The position numbers and the translations under genes were made by a program. A stretch of 64,000 nt of DNA, taken from NCBI GenBank assembly GCA_013265495.1, contig MU062019.1:310001-374000 (forward strand). Reading direction: 5' to 3'. The notes beneath the pieces were generated by a model, which did not search any database, was not told the origin of the DNA, and saw only the letters and a program-made list of their open reading frames with translations. Below, one piece after another: positions 12,801-23,700 of the stretch (positions are counted from its first letter, which is position 1; each line of letters begins with the position of its first letter). This DNA comes from Vicugna vicugna. Taxonomy: Eukaryota.

Positions 12801-15800
12801 GGGACTGACACGGGTGTGTGGGACCTTGAACGCAGGGCCAGCTCCTTGCAGACCAAACGTGGCCCACACGTGGCCCGTGGCACACGGAGGCGTCGCTCTT
12901 CGATGGTCACCCCACTCGCTGTGAAGCGTCCACCGGCGCAGCCACGGCCCGTGACTGTTCCAGCAGCAATGAACATTCCCAGTGGTGGGCGGGTTCCTTC
13001 CTGCAGGAGCACAACCAGGCCTGCAGGCGTGTTGGAGAAGGAATCCAGCATCCGAGGGCCTGGCTAGAGGAGTGGAGATTACGTTTCCTGCAAACTGATC
13101 AGCACTTTCCTTCCGGCTTGAGTGTGTGTGAGAAAGGCCATTCTGAAATACCAAACGCCTCTGAGTGTGCACTTTATTACTTCACTGTAATGTAGCAACT
13201 GAAAGCCAGAAAACTAATGTGCGTCTGGGCTCGGGGTGCCTGCTATGAAATGCAACTGGAAGTAACTTCTCCAGAGCTGGTCCCACAGGCTGATTCTTGG
13301 AGTGGGACGCGACCTTGGGCCCCCTCACTGGCAGGCGGCCAGCCGCGTGGGCTCCAGGCCCCCGGAGGTGTGCCCTCCTCCGTGGCCCATCCCAGTGGAC
13401 AGGAGCTTGGACTGGGAGAACTTCCGGATTCTGAGCACAGTCGCCTCGTGGTAACTTCCTACCATCGGTCCCAGTTTCGTCCCGAGAGCTCCGTAAGCTA
13501 ATTCTACCTCCGCGGAGGGTCCAGGATTAGCAGCAATAACAGCACTCGGTCTGGGGGTCTCTCCTTCAGGAAGTAAGAATAACAGTTCCGACGAACACGA
13601 GATGAGGTTGACGGCTTTGAGGAGGCCTGCGTAGGGGGGGCCGGAAGCTTCTGTCTGATTAGAGCAAATCCCCCTCTCCTGAGGATCCTCCATGTCACCT
13701 CGTCCCCCACCACGCAGAGAGGTCCTCCCTTCTCCACGACAAGCATCCTCGACTCAGCCACTTGTGTCCTTGGACGTGTTCTGGGCTGTCGGTGACCCCC
13801 CTAAACAGCAGTGTGTGAATGTGAGCAGCTCCAAGAGGCACAGTGGGCGGCACGTGCCCTCTGTGGAGCTCAGAGATGCTGTCAATCACATGTTGAAGTA
13901 ATAACTTCCAGAGCGTGCCAACAGCAGAACAGGACACCCCGGAGCACAGCTGGATGACAACCCACGCGGCCCCAAATGTCAGGGAGTCTGACCCACGCTC
14001 ATCAGCCCCGGGCCGCGCTCCACACCCGTGCCCCGTGCGTCACTCTCTCTCAGACCACAGGGGAGGGGTTTACACTGACCCCAGTCACATCTTCCTCCCC
14101 TAAGCCGTCCACAAGACTCCTGGAGGCCTCATTCTATCAGCCACCATGAACTACCTCTCTTGGCTTTGGCATCTCAAAACTGACACGTGCTTCTAAAATC
14201 ATCACGTGCCTCCTAGACTCAAAGACAAAGAACAGCGAATCATTGCACAATGTGACTTGGTCTGCATCCAGCGGGCGTGCCGCGCCCGGGGGCTGGGGAG
14301 GGAGGAGGGGCCGCGTGGAAAAGTACTGGATGCTGAGTCAGAGTGGAGAAGGGCGTCTTCAAGGCCCCCGGATGAGGTGGTCTTGGCAGAAGCCTCGAGA
14401 AAGGCCACACTGGAGGCACCTCCCTGCAAAAGGAGGCCTGGGGTGGAGGTGCGGGTGGGCCAGACACCAAATGAGCCCCAGAGCATGGCTGGGGGTGGGG
14501 GTTGTCCGGGCCTTGGACTGAACTCCCTCCAGAAAACAGCCCTGTGCTTGCTGGCTGGCTGCGCAGGTGTAAGGTGGGGAGGGCACACCCTACCCTTGGG
14601 AGGCCAGGTCTGAAACATCACACGTGGATTTTTGGCCTGGAAGCCTGACTCCTCAGACTATAGTTAAAATGGGACAGGATTTCTCACCCTCAGCGTTATT
14701 GTCATTTGGGATTGGACAACCGTTTGCTCTGGTGCCAGAGCGTGGGGTCCTGTGCACTGGGGGATGTTTGGCAGTTTCCCTGCCGGCATCCACCAGGTGC
14801 GAGAAGCTGTGACAGCCCAAAGTGTCTCCAGATGTCGCCAAATGTCCCCTGGGGGCAGCACCGCCTGGTCGATGACACGGAGGCAGAGGAACCCCAGCTG
14901 CTCAGAATTCTGTGTGTGTCAATCTACTTCTGTGTTTTTGGCATCACCCTGGGAGGGTCTCCTCTGCCTGAGACCACCTTTCTCTCCTTTTCCGTTTGTG
15001 ACTCCTCTAGGAAGCCCTCCCCAGTCGCGCTGCACCCACCCCCAGAGCCCACCCTGTCTTTCGCACGGCTTGTGCACCGAACACACGCTTCCAGTACGAC
15101 TGCCTCAGTCTCTCCGCCACACATCACTCTGGTGCTTAATCGGCACACGGTCAACGCAGAGGACAGTGGCTCTACACGACGGGGGACAAGAACCAGGGCT
15201 GAGGGAAACACAGGGCCTGGAAACCAGCAGAAGAGCCTTCCCAAGAGAAGCAGCGCTGAGAATCCAAGCAGGGAAATGATGGAGACAGTCCCCCGAGGGC
15301 AGCTTTCGGAAGGTGCTGGCGACATGTTGGGCGCAGTTTAGTGGGTGACAGAGGTGAGGACCCTTTCAAGGAGTCAGACCAGGTGGGAACGGTGGTGATC
15401 TGCCAGGTGCAAGGTCAACCAGGGACATTTAAGAAGAGAGAGGGCAGCGTGCTGACAGCGGCTCAGGAAGGGAGGAACAGTCGTGGGGGTGCTGTGGGGA
15501 GCAGACACCCCAGGGACGGAGGTCACTGATGAAGTCAGGCCCGGAGGAGAACCCAGGGACCCGCCGGGGCACACAGGAGGAGCAGCGCCCCCCCCGCCCC
15601 CGAAACTCCAGGTCACGGGTCCGGGAAGGCACTGTGCCACCGGGCGCAGGGAGGAGGGCCAGCCTCTAGTGAAACAGGGGGCAGTGTGTGTGGGGGGAAG
15701 GCTCGCTGGAGGAAGTCAGGAAATGACACCGAACGTGCACTCCCTGTGCACCCGGATTTTACTCGTTTTTCACTTACCTCCCCCGAACAACCCGTGAAGC

Positions 15801-17159
15801 TGGTGTTACATCCAGTTTACAGATGGGCCTGTGAGCACAGAGAGGTGCCTGGAACCCCATCTCCTCCTGGGAACCTGTAGGAAGCCCGGGCCCCTGCCTG
15901 CAGGTTTTCTTCTGCAAGACACCAGCTTGAGGAAGGGTCACCAGCCAAGGAGAAGACCAGGCTGGGAGCGTCCCAGAGCCAGTGGTGCTGAGACCTGGAG
16001 GGGCCCGGGGTGGAGGGAGAAACAAGCAGGAGAGGCCGGCAGGGCCGGACCCTCATCTCAGCATCAATCAGGGCAGCCCGGGCAAGGGCCAGGGGCCAGG
16101 GGCCCCTCCCAAGGCCATGCCCCCTCTGCATGGCTCCGCCTAGGGGAAGGGGGACAGCCCAAAGCTGAACTGATTGAATCTTAAACTTGAAATGTTGGAA
16201 AAATCACCGACAGGTCTGAGCTGTCCTGGAACTAAGTAGATTCAGTTTTCTACCATCAGGCAGGAGGGGAAGCCAGACAGAATTCGGTTATGGGGAAAGA
16301 GAGCGTTGCAGGCAGTACCTTGGAGTCTCGGATTGCGAAACACCGTCTGCTCTCCGGGTATCGCTCATCTCAGGAAGGTCACCACGAAGACTGTCAGATG
16401 CTCAGAACTAAAAATAGCAGAACTTTAGTTTATGACTGAGGCCTGGCAGGTGAGACTCTGAGAGAACGAAGGTGGCTCCCACGATCGATGTCCAATTTCA
16501 CTGTCTCCAAAATCTGCAACTGTGGCATCCCCCTGCACAGAACCGTGGGAAGGAGTGAGCGGAGGGTGTAGCAAAGAGCAGAGGAGTCCTGGAAGAGCCT
16601 TGTCACGTTCTGAAGGCAGCGCAGCTGCTGGATTCTGAGGGAACGTCCCTGCGGCCGCACTCAGCAGGAGGGGCGGTGACCACACGTTAACCCCTTCCGC
16701 AATGGGCAGTCCTGCTGTGCTCGCGAGGTTTTCCCCCAGCAGGAAAGGGCACCACCAGTTTCACAGTGGAAACCGACGAAGTAGCCCTGCAGGGACATCG
16801 GACGGACACCCCTGCTGGATGTCCACCCCTGATGGACACCCGGAGCCGGGCTTCGCGGGGACTTGTGGGATGTTCTTGTTGCAGGGCCCACATGTGCTGG
16901 GTGCCATTTAAATACCCAGCCCCTGTGGGTCATCAGCTGTCTGACAGTTCAGGGGCAGGTGTGGCTCTGGCTAATTCCACTTAGGGCGTGAGTGACCCTG
17001 AGCAGCTGGCCGGGGGCTGGGTGGTGGGCAGAAGGCTTCTCTCGCTGTCCTGTCCTGGAGGGCCGCTCCTGACCATCCTCTACAAGGCTCTTGGCTCTGA
17101 AGAGCTCCTAAGTGTGGGGGTGCACAGGGCACCCTCTCAGCTCTCAGTGGTATCAGGGC

Positions 17160-17720
17160 TGCCATGACAGTCCCAGAGGCTCATAGTTCTGGAGGCCGGA
17201 AGTCCGAGATCAAGATGTCCGCAAGATGGGTTTCCCCTGAGGGTCCTCTCCTTGGCTTGTAGATGGCTGTGCTGCAGGTGCTCGAGGCCTGGCAGATCCA
17301 CTCGGGTTTCAGGCAGACAGACGAGCACTGGCCGGGCCGTGGGCGTCTCTGACGTGCCTTTACTGCCGGGGAGCACACAGACTCCATGGCAGCGGTGGTG
17401 GCAAGTCCCTTATACACCAAGGCTGACAAAGCCACCTACGACCTGTGGCCAACCAGTGCACTTGCGTAGGGCAAGTCACGCTCAAGTAACACCACAGGGG
17501 CGCTGCGCGCGGGGTGGCGCGACCCAGCCCCGGGCACCGGATGTCTGGCAGTGGCTCCGTTCTCCCCACAGTGGCTTCTCCCACTGCGTGTCAACGCCCG
17601 CCTTCCCTCTTCTTGTAAGGACACCAGGCCCACCCTAACAGCCACTTTAACTTTGGCACCCTCTAAAGGCCACATACAGCCACCTTCCCAGGGGCATTCA
17701 CACACAGTTCAGGTCACACA
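17160..17720 (-). mobile_element. MaLR LTR (MLT1-like), fragmented
   Basis: ctcatagttctggaggccggaagtccgagatcaag...ctctccttggcttgtagatggct and ccctcttcttgtaaggacaccagg resemble MLT1 antisense pieces. Confidence 0.55.
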
Positions 17721-18429
17721 CACCAGCTTTCCACACATGAGGCCAAGAATGATCAGACATCGTCCCAGGCCCACGACTGGGGTTCGGATGAGAGGAAGCA
17801 AACAGCACACTCGCCCAACGCCCAGATCAGCCGTCTTGGCCCTGGGGAACAGGGTCAGGTTTCAAAGTAATCAGGGAAGCTAAGGCAGAGGTAGGAGAAA
17901 TGGAAACTTCGTTTGGCGTTTTGTTTCTTTAGGCTCTGCCTTGTCCCAGAGAGGACACGAGGGGGGAAAGCTCCAGATTACCAAGGACAGGAGGGGGAGG
18001 AGCAAAGGAGACCATCTGTGCCCCTCCTCTGTCCCCAGGAGGGCACGTGCATGCTGCTCCCTGGTGACCAGAGCGCCACCCAGCCTGCACCCTCGGGTGG
18101 GGGTGGGAGGGGGCAGTTAGGAAGTTGTTCTTCAGGCCAAGCCCAGTGCTCTCGGGGCTACCAAACTTACTGCGGTTCCCCAGGGAGAGAGGCAGCCAGC
18201 GGACCAGCACACAGGGCCTTACAGTGAAGAGCTATCTGCCGTTTCCTCAGAGTCACCACTAGCGCGGGGGAGATTTGGATAATCCACGAGAAAAGGCTGA
18301 TTTCGGTATTCAGTGGTTACTGGTATTCATTTAGCACCTGTTCCTGGAAGGGTGCACTGGTGGCATGTCTCTGATAATGGCAGCAAACGCACGAGCCAGG
18401 CATGTGTATATGAACCCACATGCTAGTTA

Positions 18430-18500
18430 CAGAGCCCTTTTACAGCTGAGGGAACTGAGGCAAAAGGGGCTACTTGTAGCTTGCTCAAATGCACACAGCG
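18430..18500. mobile_element. MIR core fragment
   Basis: tttacagctgagggaactgaggc is the typical MIR core. Confidence 0.55.
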
Positions 18501-18899
18501 GGGAGAGAACGAGGCCAATATTTTAACTCAGGACAATCTGGGGGCTGCAAACTGCACACTAGGTAAACCACAAGTTAGTGGTTAAAACGACGTGATTCTG
18601 TCTTAAGATATTTGGAAGTTAGGTAAGAAAGTTACAGAGGCAACTTCTCTAGCTGTCCCCAACAGGGAGTGGAGGGGAAGTGTTCAGAAAGCGAGCTGAG
18701 AAGAGGCCAGAGAGACATGTCTTAACTTCCCAGTTCTGTTCAGTGTTGCGACCTATCTCTAATGATAACCTGCCACGAAGATCAACAGCGGAATACATCT
18801 AATTCTGAAATGCAGCATTCAGAGCAGCCTCAAGCGTTTTCAGAAACCAACTCCCTGCTTGAAAATCATGAAAAACGGGAACAGGAAGGAAACCTGCCC

Positions 18900-20760
18900 T
18901 CAGCTGCCCCAGACCCGGGGCGGTGAGTGGGGGCACCCGAGGCAATTCGCCGTTTAGTTCTCCCCCGTGTAGGGCGAGGAGGCAGGACGCGAGACCACAG
19001 CCCTGGCCCGCTCTGGCCCCCTAATCCCCGCTTGTGGTTCGTAACTTTCATCTGGCCGGCACGTACACCCAAAGCTTCCCTACAAGGGGGGGGTGTCACG
19101 GACGAAGGCTGCCGTGTAAACAGGGCCCCTGTTGGGGTGCGTGCACCGCTCCCGAGGCTTCCCTGACCCGGGGCTGCAGGGCAGCTCCACGCGGGTCAGC
19201 CCCTGTCCAGCGGGCAGGCCGCAGCTCACGAGCGCAAACTCCCCGAGGCGACCGGGACTGGTGGTGGGCGGGGCCCGCGGCCGGGGTCGCTGGAGGCCGC
19301 CCCACGGCTGCAGCGGCCCGGCGGGCCGAGCCCACGCGGGAGCCAAAGCTGCCCCGCAGGGCCTGCGCGGGGTCGGGGGCCGCTCCCCGCTCGCGCCCAC
19401 ACCCCCGAGACCGGTGCTGTGCTCCGCGGGGACTCCGGGCCCAGCCCCTCTCCCACCGGGCGAGCCCCGCCGCTTCCTGCGCTTCCTACCCTCGGTACCC
19501 CGCGCGCCCGGGGCGGCGGGGCCCGGGCGCGGCTCGAGGAGGGGGCGGGGCCCGCCGCCGGCCGGGCGGGGGGAGACGCGCGCCGCGGAAAGGAGCGGGG
19601 CTCGACGGCGCGGGGCGGGGTTCGCGGAGGAGGGCGGGACCAGGCTCTGGGAGGGGCGGGGCCGGGCTGCCTGGGCCCCGCCCGCTGCCCGCCCGCTCGC
19701 TGCCACCGCCGGGCCGCACAACTGCCGGCGGGCGCGGTCCAGGCGCGGAGCCACGGGAGGCGCGGGGCGAGAGCGGAGCCTGGCGTTGGATGTGGGAGCG
19801 CTGGCGCGCCCGGAGGCGGCGATGAAGCCGAGCGGCGAGGACCGGGAGGCGCAGGCCGGGGACCCTTGGGAGGAGTGCTTCGAGGCGGCCGTGCAGCTGG
19901 CGCTGCGGGCGGGACAGGTGAGCGCGGCCCGGGGCGCACGGCGCCCGCACTCCGACTGGGGGCAGAGCGGGCGCAGGGCGTGGGCAGAGGGAGACCCCGC
20001 GGCCGAACTCCGAGGGCTTGCGTGCGGCCTCCCGCACACCTGCACACCTACGCCCCCGCACCTGGACGGGCGCCCTGGGTCCCTCGGGCTGGAGGCGTGG
20101 GCGGGCTCAGGACGCAGGGCGGTCTGGCGGGAGCGGGCGCGTCAGGGCGCGGGGGTTGCCTTGGAGTTGATCCAGTGGGCAGGACTGCCGCGGGTTCGAA
20201 CTCCGCCGCGTGCACTCGGGGCTGTGGCCGGTGTTTCCGCGTCCCGAGTGTGGTGGGTTCCACTCCGCGTTAGAGGAACTGCTCCCTCACCGGAAGGATG
20301 AAGGTCCGGCCGCCGAGCTGACGAAACCGGCGGAGGGCAGCCCGTCTCTTCTCTCTCTCGTGTGTTTTGCTCCCCCGTTTCCTCGGTGCCTGACACCTGG
20401 GGCTCCGCAGGCCACGTGCGGCGGCGAGTGGGGGCGCCGCCCTCCCGGGGCGGCCTGGGCGCGGGGGAGGCGGGCGGAGGGGCGGCCGGCTCCCGCCTGG
20501 CGGGAAGGCGCAGGGCTGCGCCCTGGCGACCCGCAGCCGGGGGGCGGACAGGAGGGGGAGCGCTGCCCGCAGGCGGGCTTCCTGCCCCCCGAACAGCAGC
20601 TCCTTTTCAGTCAGAAAGCGCTCCGCAGGTTAACACCAGGCTGTCACCAGTCCTGCATTAGAAGTGAGTCCCCACGGGCACGGGGAGTCGGCGGTACCTC
20701 GCTGGGAACCCTCGAAGCCCCTAAAAAGTTAGCCTTCAACACGAGCGGACACCGTCTGTG
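18900..20760 (+). promoter_or_regulatory. IMPA2: IMPA2 CpG-island promoter (TATA-less, multiple GC boxes)
   Basis: Dense CpG block spanning the IMPA2 start codon, with several GGGGCGGG Sp/KLF-type motifs at about 19540-19665. Confidence 0.85.
19822..19917 (+). CDS. IMPA2: IMPA2 coding exon 1 (96 nt)
   Basis: ATG in gcggcgATGa context; [32 protein letters not shown]; donor CAG|gtgagc. Confidence 0.96.
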
Positions 20761-23700
20761 TTGGCCACCCGCCCGCTGGGTTTGAAAGACCCAAGACTCA
20801 GCCTGTGAGGAACGCATGACTTAAAAGGGGGCGAGGGGGCGCTGAGAGATTCGATCCCTGGGGAGGAGGAGGACCCCAAGCTTGCCCGCTCCACTGACGG
20901 AGCCTGCAGCTGCAGGGCAGACGGCCTTCCTGGAAAGCGGGTCCACCGTGCAGCGCGCGCACTTGCCGACGCCCCTCCCCAGAGTGAGCGTCCTCGGGGC
21001 ATTTGGTAACTTTTAGGTTCCACCGTAAAACTTTTTAAGAGAAGCCTATTTGGGATTCAGACACTACTATGTAAACCCTGGTGAGTTGTTACGTTCTCTG
21101 TGGCTTTTCAAACTTAGATCCTTGAGGAAACAGAAGAGTTTTTGAAACTTTTAAAAAACATACTTGCAAATGCTTACATAGAACCTGCCTCATAGCAGCC
21201 ACGATTCTAAGGGTCTTAGGAATTGTGACTTATTTAAGGGATCTCTTACGCTTTTGCAGTTTGCCAGCAACAACAGAAGCAGCTTTTTTTGAGAGCTGGG
21301 GAAGGGTGAAACAAGGATTCTGCCATGAAGGGTCTGGTCAGGGAGCCCAGGATTCCAGGCTCCCTCTTGGGCATTAATGCTGGTGCTTCCTGCCTGCTGG
21401 GCGCTGGCAGGGAGGGCGGCCAGAACGGCCTGTGGCTGGGCCGTCCCAGCCTGTGTAAAGAGGGACAGGTTGTCTTAGAGATGGTCTCACAGTGACAGGG
21501 TGCTGACTGGAGGGATCCTGGCCAGATCGCCCCGAGAGGAATGAAGGCGGGTGAGTGGGGAATCCTCCTCTTAGCCAGAGGAGTACAGGGTATACCCTGC
21601 GTCCTGGCGTGCCCACCCGCCCCGTCCTATTTTAGTAAGTTTGCTGCTCTCAGCTGCTCCAGAGACGCCTCTGTGCCTCTGGGAGGCATCTGTCCAGTCC
21701 AGTGCCGACCACCCGGACTGCTGCGGGAGCCGCTCCCTTGTTCCTGGGCTTTGTAGGGGGTGAGGTCAGCCCACTCCATCACCACCACCCATACAAAGAG
21801 CAATATTCATTGAAATGAGTGTTTACCATCTTTTCTGTGATGTGAAACAAAACCATCTTAGAAAACTATGCTTTTTTTAAACTTTTTTTTATTGAGTTAT
21901 AGTCATTTTACGATGTTGTGTCAAATCCCAGTGCAGAGCACAATTTTTCAGTTATACATGAACATACATATATTCATTGTCACATTTTTTTTCACCCTAC
22001 CACAAGATCTTGTATATATTTCCCTGTGCTATACCGTATAATCTTGTTTATCTATTCTACGTATGCCTGTCAGTATCTACAAATTTTGAACTCCCAGTCT
22101 ATCCCTTCCCACCCCTACCCCCAGAAAACTATGCTTTTTAAATTAACCTGCAGGGGTAGGTCCAGGTTTTGTTGAGCCTGAGGTTTAGAAAATGTAGGGA
22201 CCGTCTTTAAGAAAAAAACCCCACAAAATTACAAATTCAACACTAGATATAAAAATTGTTTATTTAGAATAAGATCACAACAGTATACATTTTTAGGTGC
22301 TAACAAATAGAGCAAAATACATAAAATAATTTTTAAGCACTTCTCAATCTTCTCTAATAATTTTTTCCACATTTATGGCTTTCTCTCTTTGTGTCTTTGG
22401 GTGACAATGATTTTGTAGTGTTTTCTATAGAGAGACTGGAAAGAGAAATTCAGGCTTTCCTGTAGGATGGCTGATGGCTTACTGATAGTTTAGGGAAGTT
22501 CAGTTAGGCTTCACACTTGTGATTGGTAGGGTCGTGTTGTACATTTTTAGGATGGCCATCAAATATGAGAATCCTGTCAGGGTTTTTCACGTTATCAGTC
22601 GTGAGGTGGGAAAGATTTGTCCAGGTTAGCTTCTGGCCCTGGGCAGTTGAAACCTGTTTCTTTCCATCATCCCATGTGCCAGCTGCCCCTGCACACGCCC
22701 GCTTGCTCCTCTGGTCCTGCATTCGTGTCACCGTGCCGAGTCTGCCTGCATGCACGGTACTGGCGTTTCTGGAAGCCATTCGTACGGAGGATGGCTGACA
22801 GTGACGTACAAACATGACTGCACACCCCACGAGTCTGTCCCGCAAAACCCAGCGGAAATTCACCTCCGCTTTGCTTCCTTTTAGCCCCAAATCCCCCTGC
22901 CACTCCAGTGCCCCCTGACGCAGAATATGGTGGAGGGGAGGTCACAGTGGAACTTGACAGCAGCCCTGTCTGCAGTCAAAAGAGCCGACTTTTGTGACCT
23001 TACAAAAGCTGCTCCAGTGTGACCGAGGGAACTGTGCTAGGTTTCCCAGCAGAAGCTCGCTGAAGGGAAGGGCCAGGAGGTGGCTGGGTATGAACTCGTC
23101 GCTTTACTAGTGACACGGCCCAGGACTCCCCCGCTCTCATCCTCCAGGCTCCTGGCCCCGGGGTTGGCCTGCACACCCTTGTGGGTTATGCTTCCCAAAG
23201 CCTGTCTGTTGTCTCCACAGCCCCGCGTGGCCAACCCTCTGGCAGCCGAACTGAACTCCTTGGCGTTCTCCAGGCACGCCCGGCCTGTTCCCACCTGTCT
23301 TCTGGCCCACACCCCCGAAAACCAAATTCTCTCCTAGGCCCAGCTCCCAAGCCCCTTCCTTCACAGAAGGACTTTCCATGTGACCTTTCTGTCCCTCCTG
23401 TGCCTCTTCCCAGCTGTGTTTGCCCCTGGACTGGTCAGTGTGCTTGCCCCATGATGGGGGGATGCCCCCTGCCTGCCTCCGGCCGCCCAGAGCAGAGGGG
23501 ACACGGCGGGGCTCTGACCCAGCAGCCCCATTGCCCACAGGTGCTGTTTTGATTTGTGATTCTCTTGTTTATCTGTTGCTCACACGGGGACGGTCACCAG
23601 TGAAATACCGCTTGAGGGAGTGTCGTGGACCCAGCAGCGCCCTGTCCCCGTCATCCTCACCCTTATCCTCAGGGGCTGTTGTTCTCAGGGTTCTGATGGT

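Noticed and set aside
20168-20206. tRNA-like A-box/T-arm motif (tgatccagtgg...gcgggTTCGAACtccgc)
   Set aside because: Box spacing is too short, the invariant G53-C61 pair is G-T, and no acceptor or anticodon stem can be built.
19034-20301. Six long ORFs (191-389 aa) on both strands over the IMPA2 promoter
   Set aside because: CpG-island artefact; only the 32 codons of IMPA2 exon 1 have homology support.
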